NCBI GenBank assembly: GCA_018713605.1
Contig: DVOM01000001.1
Span: 67,158-131,157 of the forward strand
Direction: 5' to 3'
DNA from: Candidatus Scatocola faecigallinarum
Lineage (GTDB): Bacteria; Pseudomonadota; Alphaproteobacteria; RF32; CAG-239
Length of the DNA stretch: 64,000 nucleotides
The notes beneath the pieces are model-generated. The model searched no databases, was not told where the DNA came from, and saw nothing but the letters and a program-made list of their open reading frames with translations. The position numbers were made by a program, and so were the translations under genes. Positions 1 through 9,840 of this stretch are shown piece by piece (within the stretch, counting starts at the first letter, position 1; each line of letters opens with the position of its first letter).

Positions 1-943
1 AACGGTTCCAATTCATTATTTTGCGGAAGTTCTCCCGCACCAGATAAGCCTTACCCTTACGCCCCTCGGGGACAATTATCGAAACTTTCTCCTTCGCCGG
101 CAGGCTTATTTTTTTGTTGTCCGCGGTTTTTACGCCCATTTTGCGCCATTTTTCAACCTCCAGACGCGTATCGCGTCCGCTCAGCGCATAATCGAAATTC
201 CACGGCAGGCTGACTTCCAGCCCCCAGTCCTCCCCTGCTTTCCAGCCGATGGAAGACAGATAGTTGGCCGCCGAGGCAATCGCATCCTCAAACGAATGCC
301 AGATGTCTATTCGGCCGTCGCCGTTGTAGTCAACCGCATAGGCGTTGAAAGTCGACGGCATAAACTGAAAATGCCCCATGGCGCCGGCCCAGGAACCCTC
401 CATTTTGGTATGGTCTATTTTCCAGACATCGACAATTTTCAGCGCCTGATACAGTTCTTCCTTAAAAAACTTCGGCCGCCGTTTGTCATAACTCAGCGTC
501 GTCAGCGCGTCAATTACCTGATAATTGCCGAAATGCTGTCCGAAATTGGTTTCCATTCCCCAGAAGGCAATCAGATAATTAATCTGCACGCCGTACTTTT
601 TTTCCATATCCTTAAACAGCGGATAAAGCTCACGGTACTTCGCCTGCGCCGCCGCCGTTTTTTTGGCATTGACCACCCGGTTGAGATATTCGGTCGACGT
701 CAGCACAAACTCAATCTGCCGGCGGTCTATCTTTACCACTTCCGGATCCGGGTGGTAATAGTCGTTTTCGCCGTAAACCTTCTTGATCGTCTTTTTCGAT
801 ATGCCGCGGTCAATCATCTCGTCTTTAAGTTCTTCCAGCCACCGGGTATAGACTTCCGGCGTTTCCCTTCTTTCCGCCGCAGACAACGGCTGCGGCAGAC
901 AAAGTGCCGACGCCAACAGTAACATGCCCAGTTTTGCTCTCAT
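1..943 (-). CDS. Lytic murein transglycosylase of the MltB family. The gene start is inside the window and the C-terminal part runs off the window edge.
   Basis: The reverse-strand translation starts MRAKLGMLLLASALC, a signal or lipoprotein-like N-terminus. It contains GAMGHFQFMPSTFNAYAVDYNGDGRIDIW, which is typical of the MltB family. The ORF track misses it because no stop codon falls inside the window. Confidence 0.8.
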   Translation of the reverse strand, partial: MRAKLGMLLLASALCLPQPLSAAERRETPEVYTRWLEELKDEMIDRGISKKTIKKVYGENDYYHPDPEVVKIDRRQIEFVLTSTEYLNRVVNAKKTAAAQAKYRELYPLFKDMEKKYGVQINYLIAFWGMETNFGQHFGNYQVIDALTTLSYDKRRPKFFKEELYQALKIVDVWKIDHTKMEGSWAGAMGHFQFMPSTFNAYAVDYNGDGRIDIWHSFEDAIASAANYLSSIGWKAGEDWGLEVSLPWNFDYALSGRDTRLEVEKWRKMGVKTADNKKISLPAKEKVSIIVPEGRKGKAYLVRENFRKIMNWNR

Positions 944-1093
944 ATTTTTATCCCGCCCAATAACTGACTTTGCCATTCATTTTACCGTTCAGCCTTTTAA
1001 AAACAGTTAATGCCGCGCAATTTTCTGTAGATAATTTGAATAAGACGGTTATAATGAATATATTGTTTTGGAAATCTGACATAGGAGGCCGCC

Positions 1094-2485
1094 ATGAACA
1101 CTTCCGCCGTTTTCCGTTCCCGATTCCGCCGCCATTTCTGGCTTTACGTCATTGCCGCCGTCGCCTCGCTGGGCGGCCTGCTCGCCGGCTTTGACATGGG
1201 CGTCATCTCCGGCGCGCTGCTTTTCATCAACGACACATGGAACATGTCCGACTTTACCAAAGGCTGGGTAGTCAGTTCGGCCATTGTCGGCGCCGTTATC
1301 GGCGCTGCCGGCAACGGTTTTCTGTCCGACATCTACGGACGCAAAAAAGTCATCATTGCCACGGCGCTCATCTTCGCCGTCGGTTCAGTCATCTGCGCCG
1401 CGGCGCCGAGCATAGGCTGGCTGATTGCCGGCCGCGTCATTCTCGGGCTGGCCGTCGGCATGGTCAACTTCGTCATTCCGCTGTATCTCTCCGAAATTTC
1501 GCCGCAGAAAGTCCGCGGCATGCTGGTTTCGCTCTATCAGCTGGCCATTACCGCCGGCATCTTATTCTCATACCTCATCAACCGCGTCTTTGCGCTGAGC
1601 GAATGCAACTGGCGCTGGATGCTGCTCTCCGGCCTGTTCCCGGCTTTGGTCATGCTGATTGGCATCAGCTTCCTGGGCGACACGCCCCGATGGCTCATCA
1701 GCAAAAAGCGCGAAGACGAAGCCCGCAGAATCTTTCTGGACATTGACCCGGACTGTAACCCCGAACAACAGATTAAAGAAATCCGCCAAACCATCAAACG
1801 TGCGCAAAAAAACGACGGACATTCCGGTTTTCAGCGTTGGATGCTGATGCCCGTCTTCGTCGGCGTCGGCATGATGTTCATGCAGATATGCACCGGCATC
1901 AACACGATTATCTACTACACGACAACCATTTTCAAAGTCGCGGGCTTCTCGTCGGCCATCGGTGCGATCTATGCCACCATCGGCATCGGTTTCGTCAACT
2001 TCTTCATGACTTTTGTCGCTATCGCCTTTGCCGACCGTATCGGCCGGAAGCCCCTGCTCTACGCCGGCCTGAGCGGCGTTACCGTCAGCCTGTTCGCGCT
2101 GGGGGCTTCTTTCTGGTTTGCCGACGCGCTTGGCGACAATCTCAAATGGATGGCTGTTGGCAGCGTGGTTGTATATATCGCCTCTTTCGCCTTTTCTCTC
2201 GGCCCCATCGGCTGGATTGTCGTTTCCGAGATTCTGCCGCTGAAAATCCGCGGCCTTGCCATGAGCATCTGCACCGTTGCCAACATGGCGTTCAACTTCG
2301 TTGTCGTTCTTACATTTCTGCCGCTGATAAATTCCGTCGGCGAAGCGCGAACTTTCTGGATGTACGGCATTATCGGCATCTTCTGCCTGTTTTTTACCTA
2401 CCGGTATCTGCCCGAAACCAAAGGACGCTCGCTGGAGCAGATAGAAAAGAACTGGGCCGAAGGCGTCCCTGCCCGCAAGTTCTGA
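1094..2485 (+). CDS. MFS sugar porter (sugar:H+ symporter family)
   Basis: 463 aa. Twelve transmembrane segments are predicted. Sugar-porter signatures GRKKVIIATALIF and PETKGRSLEQIE are present. An SD-like GGAGG lies upstream of the ATG. Confidence 0.9.
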   Translation: MNTSAVFRSRFRRHFWLYVIAAVASLGGLLAGFDMGVISGALLFINDTWNMSDFTKGWVVSSAIVGAVIGAAGNGFLSDIYGRKKVIIATALIFAVGSVICAAAPSIGWLIAGRVILGLAVGMVNFVIPLYLSEISPQKVRGMLVSLYQLAITAGILFSYLINRVFALSECNWRWMLLSGLFPALVMLIGISFLGDTPRWLISKKREDEARRIFLDIDPDCNPEQQIKEIRQTIKRAQKNDGHSGFQRWMLMPVFVGVGMMFMQICTGINTIIYYTTTIFKVAGFSSAIGAIYATIGIGFVNFFMTFVAIAFADRIGRKPLLYAGLSGVTVSLFALGASFWFADALGDNLKWMAVGSVVVYIASFAFSLGPIGWIVVSEILPLKIRGLAMSICTVANMAFNFVVVLTFLPLINSVGEARTFWMYGIIGIFCLFFTYRYLPETKGRSLEQIEKNWAEGVPARKF

Positions 2486-2499
2486 GAATTCCGCTTTTC

Positions 2500-2528
2500 A
2501 AAGGTTCCGTTCCCGGAACCTTTTTTAT
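2500..2528 (+). terminator. Rho-independent terminator after the MFS transporter gene
   Basis: Hairpin ggttccg-ttcc-cggaacc followed by tttttt. Confidence 0.7.
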
Positions 2529-2676
2529 TTTCGGTCGAACCGTTTTGTGTTGACTTACTTTGTCCGTTATGCTAAAATTTTTGTCAATTTTCTGAATTAT
2601 TCTGTTGACGCTTCTTATTATACTCCAATATCGCTTCAGCAGATAATTCTATTGTGTAATTTAAAAAATTTTTTTT

Positions 2677-3348
2677 ATGAAAAACTTAGAAGACGTAAAA
2701 AAGATGATGCTGCAATGCGTTGTCATCAACTGGGACGGAACACTGGTTTCTTCGGCTGCCATGATTCATCAGGCCTATCTGAAAACCATGCAGGCGTTGC
2801 AAATTCATCCCGAATGGTCGCCGGAAGACACGATGAGACAAAACGGCAGACCTCCTGTTGAAATTTTCAATGACGCCGGCATCTGGGGAAGCAAGGCCAT
2901 CGGTTCCGTCGCCAAAGACTTTTTCTACCGCGGCCTGGAAGACATCCGCAAAACCAAACCGGAACTTCTGCGCCTCAAGGACGGAGCACTTGACCTGCTC
3001 AACTGGTTTGCAAACCACCCGGCCTTCCCGCGCATTGTCATCTGCGGCAACAAAACCCAGTCCATTTTGGAACTGGAAGTTAAAACATTCAAACTTAAAG
3101 GTCTGGTAGACATCGTCATCGGCAGTCGCATGGACAGCCTTGACAACAAACCGCAGCCGGAAATGTTTGAACGCGCTGTCGAAGGGTTAACGATTAAAAA
3201 CCCGGCCGAAGAAGTTTTGCATATCGGAGACAATCCCCGTGTCGATCCCTCTTTTGCAGGAGCCTACGGCGCTTCTTCGATACTGGTTGCCGACACGTCC
3301 TCCGCGGACGCCGCGTCGCTGACCGAACTGCTGACCAAGCTGAAGTAA
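2677..3348 (+). CDS. HAD-superfamily hydrolase (phosphatase-like)
   Basis: 223 aa. N-terminal DxD-type motif INWDGTL. C-terminal IGDNPRVD motif. Confidence 0.75.
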   Translation: MKNLEDVKKMMLQCVVINWDGTLVSSAAMIHQAYLKTMQALQIHPEWSPEDTMRQNGRPPVEIFNDAGIWGSKAIGSVAKDFFYRGLEDIRKTKPELLRLKDGALDLLNWFANHPAFPRIVICGNKTQSILELEVKTFKLKGLVDIVIGSRMDSLDNKPQPEMFERAVEGLTIKNPAEEVLHIGDNPRVDPSFAGAYGASSILVADTSSADAASLTELLTKLK

Positions 3349-3361
3349 AAACCTAAATCTT

Positions 3362-3399
3362 AAAAAAAGAGCCCTCCGAATGGAGCGCTCTTTTTTTTA
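3362..3399. terminator. Bidirectional hairpin terminator between convergent genes
   Basis: A-run, then imperfect stem agagccctcc/ggagcgctct, then a T-run. It serves the HAD gene on the + strand and the 3397..4341 gene on the - strand. Confidence 0.55.
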
Positions 3400-4341
3400 A
3401 CCCGCAGCAGCATAATAACGCTTTTTCGCCTTTTCTCCGTCTTTCAGACGCTTGTATTTGCGAAACTCGCACAAACTGTTTTGAATATCATGCAAAGCCA
3501 GATAGTCGCCGCCGCAATAAGCGGGATTACGCCAACGCACCGCATGCCAGTCTTTGCCCGTGCGCAGCTTCAGCCGCTCCGTTTCCCTGGCCTGTATTGA
3601 ATAAAGATATCGGCACTTTTCCTCCGCTTCCCTTTTGCTCAGCCTTTTGCCGAAAATAATGTTCAATCCCCAGTGAGCGCCCGGCCCCACAATCAGAAAA
3701 TCATTCGCCGTATAATCGACAATATTCCCTGCATAAGTCGCATCAAGCAAAATCTGTCCGGCAAGAAAAGGACCGGCCAGCGCAACATGCTTTTCCACAA
3801 CTGACAACCCTCCTGCGGCCGGCGTTTCCGCCAATTCCCGGCAAAAGTCTTTTATTTTCCCGGCCATATCCGCCAACATGAGCAAAACCTGCACATGCTT
3901 GTCTTTCGGCCGATAAGCCGCATTATACGGATGCGATGAAATCAGATAGGCGTTTGAAAACAAGCTCTCCTGATTTCTTTTGGCATCAAAACGCGCTTCA
4001 AAAGCCTCAAAGTCAAAATTCTCTGGATCCAGCAAACCGCCGAACAGGTTTTCAATCGTATCGCGACGGTTAAAAAAGCGGTATGCGACAATGTTAAACA
4101 GCTTTTTTCCGACACTTATGCTCTCATCCGTCAGATATTTCGTCAGTGCCAGCGTACCGCCGTCCAACTCACGATAAACGTTACAGAAACGATAATTTCG
4201 GAGTATCTCGTCCGTACTCCACGGCGCAGGCAGATTCAAAACGTTCCGCCGATGCCAGATTTCCTGTCGGTCATATATAAATTCAAAAAATTCCGCAATC
4301 CTGTCCAATTGATATTTTCCGTTTAACATTAAATAATCCAA
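3397..4341 (-). CDS. Conserved hypothetical protein (314 aa) with no confident family assignment
   Basis: Long clean ORF. Motif FCNVYRELDGGTLALTKYL. No transmembrane segment. Confidence 0.6.
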   Translation of the reverse strand: MDYLMLNGKYQLDRIAEFFEFIYDRQEIWHRRNVLNLPAPWSTDEILRNYRFCNVYRELDGGTLALTKYLTDESISVGKKLFNIVAYRFFNRRDTIENLFGGLLDPENFDFEAFEARFDAKRNQESLFSNAYLISSHPYNAAYRPKDKHVQVLLMLADMAGKIKDFCRELAETPAAGGLSVVEKHVALAGPFLAGQILLDATYAGNIVDYTANDFLIVGPGAHWGLNIIFGKRLSKREAEEKCRYLYSIQARETERLKLRTGKDWHAVRWRNPAYCGGDYLALHDIQNSLCEFRKYKRLKDGEKAKKRYYAAAG

Positions 4342-4671
4342 GATTTTGCCACATATTTAACAAAAGTAAAACGAAACAAATTATTTTTACATAAAAACCT
4401 GAACTTTTAAACAAAGAAGAGGCAGCGCATTTCTGCACCGCCTTTTATATGAAAAAAACTTTTACTGGGTCAAAAGATTTTACTTTACCTGAGTAAATCC
4501 GGTATTGGCGGAGAGAGTTGCTAAGCAAAAATGACCTTTAATGTCATTTTTGTCTGCAAAACCAATGATGTCCCGGCGGTAAGCCGCCGACAGGCGGCGA
4601 ACAAGCCCCGGACAAATTGAAAGCTCTGCCCCGCGAAAACAAGCCCGCGACGTTTGAGCGGCTCCGCCTAC

Positions 4672-4694
4672 AAAAAAACCCGGAATAACCGGGC
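4672..4694 (-). terminator. Short GC hairpin and T-run immediately 3' of tRNA-Ser
   Basis: cccgg-aataa-ccggg, followed on the minus strand by ttttttt. Confidence 0.5.
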
Positions 4695-4705
4695 TTCTTT
4701 ACAAT

Positions 4706-4795
4706 TGGCGGAGAGGCAGAGATTCGAACTCTGGGAGGGCTCGCACCCTCGACGGTTTTCAAGACCGCTGCATTAAACCACTCTGCCACCTCTCC
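4706..4795 (-). tRNA. tRNA-Ser (anticodon UGA), with CCA encoded
   Basis: Reverse complement GGAGAGGTGGCAGAGTGGTTTAATGCAGCGGTCTTGAAAACCGTCGAGGGTGCGAGCCCTCCCAGAGTTCGAATCTCTGCCTCTCCGCCA. Long variable arm. Anticodon loop CTTGAAA. Confidence 0.9.
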
Positions 4796-4866
4796 GTAAC
4801 ACAATGCGTTTTGTGTATGCTTTTAATCAATTTCGCCACTGTCGTCAAGCATTTTTTTACTCAGCC

Positions 4867-5841
4867 TCAGTATTTCTCCTTCAACATCTGCCGCAGATAA
4901 CAAACCGAAAGCAGGACTGCCGCCCGGGTCGGCTCGCTGGCGGCAATGCCGTTCAGCATCAAAAAGTCGTGAATTGTACCGTTAACCCGCAGCGATGCTG
5001 TTTTTACGCCGGCTGCGGACAATTTACGGGCATAGGCCTCCCCCTCATCGCGCAACACGTCATTTTCCGCCGTAATTACCAGCGCCGGCGGCAATCCTCT
5101 CAATTCTTCAGCCGTCGCGTTCAACGGCGAGGCATAAACCTCGTTGCGGCGCGCCATATCCGGCAGATAAGCGTCCCAAAACCATGCCATCGCCTTCGCC
5201 GTCAGCCATGGACCTTCGGCAAAATCAAGATAAGAATCCGTATCCATGGCAGCATCGGTTACCGGATAATAAAGCAACTGACAGGCAATTTCGGGAAAAC
5301 CCTTTTTCTTGGCCATCATCGCCAAAACCGTCGCCATGTTGCCGCCGACGCTGTCGCCGGCCAGTGCCACCCGGGAACTGAAATTATATTCCCGGCTATG
5401 CCGCGCAATATGTTCCAGAACCGTAAACATCATATTAAGCTGTTCGGGATACTGTGCCTCAGGCGCCGGTTCATAAACCGGAAAGACCACCGCCGCATTG
5501 GCACCGACGGCCAGTTCGCGAATAAGCCGGTCATGCGTATTTTCATCACCCATTACCCAGCCGCCGCCGTGAATATAAAAAATAACCGGCAACCGAATGC
5601 CTGCATCTTCCGGACAAATCAGGCGTATTCTGGCTGCACCGCCGTTCTCCAGCGGAATGTCAATGTCTTTGATGTCAACGATGCCCTTCTCGACGCAAAT
5701 GTCCTGAACATCTCTCAGAACCTTGCGCGCAGCGTCATAGCCGATTTCATGCAACGGCCGGCCGCCTTTTGCCGTCAAAGAACGGATAAAAGCCTCGACC
5801 TGAACGTCCAGATTAGGATTTTGTGAATTTGCCCTGCTCAT
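4867..5841 (-). CDS. Alpha/beta hydrolase, hormone-sensitive-lipase-like esterase (Aes family)
   Basis: HGGGW oxyanion motif. GDSVGG nucleophile elbow. Confidence 0.85.
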   Translation of the reverse strand: MSRANSQNPNLDVQVEAFIRSLTAKGGRPLHEIGYDAARKVLRDVQDICVEKGIVDIKDIDIPLENGGAARIRLICPEDAGIRLPVIFYIHGGGWVMGDENTHDRLIRELAVGANAAVVFPVYEPAPEAQYPEQLNMMFTVLEHIARHSREYNFSSRVALAGDSVGGNMATVLAMMAKKKGFPEIACQLLYYPVTDAAMDTDSYLDFAEGPWLTAKAMAWFWDAYLPDMARRNEVYASPLNATAEELRGLPPALVITAENDVLRDEGEAYARKLSAAGVKTASLRVNGTIHDFLMLNGIAASEPTRAAVLLSVCYLRQMLKEKY

Positions 5842-5881
5842 ATTTTTCTCCTTGCCAGTAAAAAAATATGAACTGCCGCAC

Positions 5882-6772
5882 TTATTTCAAGACCATAAAC
5901 ACACCTGCCGTAATAAAAACAAAACAAATGCTCTTGCGCAGCAGATGAACTGTCGAAACGTCCTCTTTGAACCTGTTGCCGAACAGGGCATACAAAGCGG
6001 CGCCGATTCCCAAAACAAACAGCGGCTGCGTGGAATTGATGCTTTCGACAGCGACCACCGGCAGCAACGACATGGCAAATATGGATGCAACCGTCCCGAC
6101 CTGATTCACAAACTCATTCAGACCGAAAACATAAAATTTCGTCTTATAACGCGGAAAATTCGCCTTAATGTTCAGCCGGACGATACGAGGCATCAAAAAA
6201 CCGAAAACCGTCAACGTCGAAAACAGTGCCGAATAGAAGACCGCGCTTATCCAGTCTATCTTTTCCAGCGCGTACTTGTACAAAACCGCCTGCAGCGAAA
6301 GCAAAAGCGACGACAGCAGCATCAGATAAAAGGCTTTGTTGATTTTTATTTTCCGCGGATTCTCAATATTCAGGACCACACTGGCAGCAATGATGATTCC
6401 GAAACCGGCATATTGGACAAAGCTCAGTTTTTCATCAACCATAAGGTAAGCCAGCACCGGCACCAGAACATAGCCAAGCGAGAACCAGGCCACAACGACC
6501 GAAGTATCGCCGCGGCGCAGTGCCTCATAATAGGGTATCTGGTAAAAAACGTCTATCATGCCGACAAGAGCCAGCAGCGGCATAATCTCCCATCCGTACC
6601 ATTGCGGCAGTCCGAAAACCAAAACCATCGGCGCCGCGAAAAAATTGGTCAGACAGTTGTAAAAAATCAACGTCGGCAGCTTTCGAAACACATTGTTCGA
6701 CAAATGCGCGTCAATAATGTTTGATACGGCATGAAACAACGGACATAAAAAAGCGGCAATAACGGCAGGCAT
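5882..6772 (-). CDS. DMT/EamA-like permease
   Basis: 296 aa, about 10 transmembrane segments. The start codon overlaps the stop of the upstream mpg gene (TAATG). Confidence 0.7.
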   Translation of the reverse strand: MPAVIAAFLCPLFHAVSNIIDAHLSNNVFRKLPTLIFYNCLTNFFAAPMVLVFGLPQWYGWEIMPLLALVGMIDVFYQIPYYEALRRGDTSVVVAWFSLGYVLVPVLAYLMVDEKLSFVQYAGFGIIIAASVVLNIENPRKIKINKAFYLMLLSSLLLSLQAVLYKYALEKIDWISAVFYSALFSTLTVFGFLMPRIVRLNIKANFPRYKTKFYVFGLNEFVNQVGTVASIFAMSLLPVVAVESINSTQPLFVLGIGAALYALFGNRFKEDVSTVHLLRKSICFVFITAGVFMVLK

Positions 6773-7434
6773 TATTCTTTTTTCCCCTTTTTCGGCATTT
6801 TACTTACGAACGGACTGCCTTTTATGACAAATCGCCAAGGCTTTTCAACATATTCTTCGGCATAATCAATACCGATTCTGGGAGTTGCCGCCCAGGCAAA
6901 ATCCCGGTCCCGCGGCGACAGCCACAACAGGTCGCCGCCCAAATCAACGCCGTTTTGCTCACGGCCAATCCCCAAAGCCTGACACAGTTTGCCCGGCCCC
7001 GTCGTCAGATTGTCCAGCCGGTCTGTTCCGCGCCTCTCCTGCATCGTTTCAATACCGGCAATCGGCTCTAAACCGCGGATAAGCGCGGCATTGGCCGTAC
7101 CTGCTTCGTTAAGGACAACATTAAACTGATTATACATTCCGTAAACAAAAAAAACATAAGCGCAGCCGCCCGTCTCAAACATTGCCGCGTTCCGCGGCGT
7201 CTTACGGTTCAGATACGCATGACAGGCCTTGTCTTCGGCGCCGATATAAACTTCCAGTTCGGTAATCCGCCCTGCCGTCAGCTTTCCTCCGATAGTGCTG
7301 CACAAATATGAACCGAGCAAGACTTCGGTCGCAGCTTCAAACGGATCGCGCAAAAACTCCTTTTTTCCAATTCGCTGTTCAAACATTTTCCACTCCGCCT
7401 TCAACTCTATCCGAACAGATGGAAATCGCAACAA
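6772..7434 (-). CDS. DNA-3-methyladenine glycosylase of the Mpg/AAG family
   Basis: 220 aa. TAGRITELEVYIG and the surrounding region match Mpg. Confidence 0.85.
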   Translation of the reverse strand: MLRFPSVRIELKAEWKMFEQRIGKKEFLRDPFEAATEVLLGSYLCSTIGGKLTAGRITELEVYIGAEDKACHAYLNRKTPRNAAMFETGGCAYVFFVYGMYNQFNVVLNEAGTANAALIRGLEPIAGIETMQERRGTDRLDNLTTGPGKLCQALGIGREQNGVDLGGDLLWLSPRDRDFAWAATPRIGIDYAEEYVEKPWRFVIKGSPFVSKMPKKGKKE

Positions 7435-7482
7435 AAAATCCCCTGTTTTACCAAAAACAGGGGATTTTTGCCAAACCGGCGG

Positions 7483-7689
7483 TTACGCCTTGGCCAAATT
7501 GCCGGCAGAAGTTTTTCCTTTTTCGGTAACCAGATCATAAGAAACCTTTTCATTTTCGTTTAAGGTTCTTAAACCGGCCTTTTCGACGGCAGAAATGTGT
7601 ACAAACACATCGGCGCCCCCGTTATCCGGCTGAATAAAACCATAACCTTTGGTGGTGTTGAACCATTTAACCGTACCTGTAGAAGACAT
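7483..7689 (-). CDS. Cold-shock protein, CspA family
   Basis: MSSTGTVKWFNTTKGYGFIQP and VFVHISA RNP motifs. Start taken at the internal ATG. A long 5' UTR region follows upstream. Confidence 0.9.
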   Translation of the reverse strand: MSSTGTVKWFNTTKGYGFIQPDNGGADVFVHISAVEKAGLRTLNENEKVSYDLVTEKGKTSAGNLAKA

Positions 7690-7982
7690 ATTCTTTTCCT
7701 TTACTTTAAAAACAGGTTGACACAACGAAGCTTTGCGCTTCTTTTTCAATAACTATGCAATGTGGGATTATTTTCTTTAAAGTAAGGATATCAAAATCGT
7801 CTATCAAAGATATAACTCTTGAACCACAGAGTTTCGCTATGTCTGTCATCGTACACGAATAAATTAATTAAGCAAGCAAATTCGTAAAATCTTTTCTGTC
7901 GGCCGACGCTGCGTTCGTCTTCTTTGCCAATCCTTCGGCTGCTCCGAATCTTGCGCTGTTTTCCCGCTGGAGCCGCTTTTCC

Positions 7983-9809
7983 TCAGCGACGCTCAAAAAG
8001 CTTCTCTATATCTTTCAGTTTCAGCTCGACATATGTCGGACGGCCATGGTTGCATTGTCCGGAATGTTCGGTTCTCTCCATGTCGCGCAGCAGCCGGTTC
8101 ATCTCGTCAATGTTCAGCCTGCGGCCGGCGCGCACCGAACCGTGACAGGCAATTGTCGCGCAAATCGTATGCAGTTTGTCGGTCAAAGAGAAACCCTTTC
8201 CCCACTCGGCCATTTCGCCGGCCAAATCGCGAATCAGCGCCTTTATGTCACAATCGCCGAGCAATGCCGGAATTTCACGGACAATAACCGCCGTCGAACC
8301 GAACTCCTCAACGGACAGGCCTAGCTTTTGCAGTTCTTCCGCGGCTTCGACAAGCCGTATTTTCTCGCTGGGACTCAAATCGACAATTTCCGGAATCAGC
8401 AATATCTGCGTCGCAACTTTATTTTCCGCCAGCAGCGAAGCCTTCAGGTTTTCCATGACAATCCGCTCGTGCGACGCATGCTGGTCAATAATGACAATGC
8501 TGTCCTCGGTCTGAGAAATGATATAGGTGTCATGAAACTGAGCTTTTGCCAGTCCCAGCGGACCTACTTCGCCGCTGTCATCCGCAGCGGAAACCGCAGA
8601 ATACGGCTCGTCTACCTTAACCGAAAAAACTTTTCGCTCCAGTTCCGGCAGTTCAGCCTGACGGCGCGGCTGGGACATAAACGGCCGAAATGCGGGAACA
8701 TTGCCGCCGCCGGGCTTATGTTCCTGCAAAACCGCAACTTCATTTTCACCAAAACCGGGAATGTTGTCATGCACAAATCCGGCCAAATCCAGATTATTCG
8801 CCGAACGATGGTCGCCAAGCGTCAGCGCCTGACGAACGGCGCTGACCAACAGCCCGCGAACCAGCGCGTTGTCATAAAACCGCACTTCTGCTTTGGCCGG
8901 ATGCACGTTTACGTCTACATACGCCGGATCAATGTCAAAATAAAGCGCCGCCATCGGATAACGGTTGTGTGCCAAAACGTCCTGATAGGCCCCTTTTATC
9001 GCGCCCAGCAGCAGTTTGTCGCGCACCGGACGGTTATTGACAAACAAATACTGATACAGCGAGTTTGATTTGTTTAAGGTCGGCAGCGACACATAACCGG
9101 TAATCGTCAGATTTTCGCGATGAGCATTAATCAGCAGCGAATTTTCGCTGAATTCCCGCCCCATCACATCGGCCAGCCGTTTCAGCCGCGCATCGAAAAG
9201 CTCTCCCTGACAGGCGTTCAAAGTTACTTTTTTCTTGTTTTCGTCACTCAGATAAAACGATATTGTCGGATTAGCCAATGCAATTCTGTTCAGAATGTCA
9301 ACGCATTGCGCCGTTTCCGACGGTGTTGTCTTTAAGAATTTAAGCCGTGCCGGCGCCGAATAGAACAAATCGCGCACCTCAATCCGGGTACCTTGCGGAT
9401 GCGCCGCAGGCATAACCTCGCTTTTTTCGCCGCCGTTGACTTCAATTTTCCAGGCATTCTCCGCTCCTTCCCGACGCGAAACAATCGTCATGCGGGATAC
9501 GGAAGAAATTGAAGGTAAAGCTTCACCTCGAAAGCCTAAGAAATTGATATTAAACAAATTATCATCAGGAAGTTTTGACGTCGCATGCCGTTCGACGGCC
9601 ACCGGAAGTTCGTCTTTGTCTATACCCCTGCCGTTGTCGGAAACCACAATCAGGCTTTTGCCGCCGTCAACCAACGTTACCTCAATCGACGTTGCTCCCG
9701 CGTCAATCGAGTTTTCCACCAGTTCCTTTACCACCGACGCCGGCCGTTCAATGACCTCGCCGGCGGCAATCTGATTAACCAGATTATTCGGTAAAATTCT
9801 GATCGTCAT
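7983..9809 (-). CDS. mutL: DNA mismatch repair protein MutL
   Basis: 608 aa. N-terminal GHKL ATPase motifs (ELVENSIDAGAT, DNGRGI). C-terminal dimerisation domain. Confidence 0.95.
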   Translation of the reverse strand: MTIRILPNNLVNQIAAGEVIERPASVVKELVENSIDAGATSIEVTLVDGGKSLIVVSDNGRGIDKDELPVAVERHATSKLPDDNLFNINFLGFRGEALPSISSVSRMTIVSRREGAENAWKIEVNGGEKSEVMPAAHPQGTRIEVRDLFYSAPARLKFLKTTPSETAQCVDILNRIALANPTISFYLSDENKKKVTLNACQGELFDARLKRLADVMGREFSENSLLINAHRENLTITGYVSLPTLNKSNSLYQYLFVNNRPVRDKLLLGAIKGAYQDVLAHNRYPMAALYFDIDPAYVDVNVHPAKAEVRFYDNALVRGLLVSAVRQALTLGDHRSANNLDLAGFVHDNIPGFGENEVAVLQEHKPGGGNVPAFRPFMSQPRRQAELPELERKVFSVKVDEPYSAVSAADDSGEVGPLGLAKAQFHDTYIISQTEDSIVIIDQHASHERIVMENLKASLLAENKVATQILLIPEIVDLSPSEKIRLVEAAEELQKLGLSVEEFGSTAVIVREIPALLGDCDIKALIRDLAGEMAEWGKGFSLTDKLHTICATIACHGSVRAGRRLNIDEMNRLLRDMERTEHSGQCNHGRPTYVELKLKDIEKLFERR

Positions 9810-9840
9810 CCGGTCCCTTTCGTCACATTTCTGCCGGCCG

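Noticed and set aside
296-922. 208-aa + strand ORF
   Set aside because: It is antisense to the MltB-like gene, whose translation shows strong family motifs. The ORF is R-rich and low-complexity, typical of a shadow ORF.
1237-2553. Several + strand ORFs (169 aa and 238 aa) inside the MFS transporter region
   Set aside because: They are alternative frames of the 1094..2485 gene. Their R/H-rich composition is not protein-like.
4544-4804. 86-aa minus-strand ORF
   Set aside because: It overlies tRNA-Ser and its terminator. It is an artefactual translation of the tRNA.
4804-6724. 340-aa and 290-aa + strand ORFs
   Set aside because: They are antisense shadows of the esterase and DMT permease genes, which have clear motifs.
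8328-9068. 246-aa + strand ORF
   Set aside because: Antisense to mutL.
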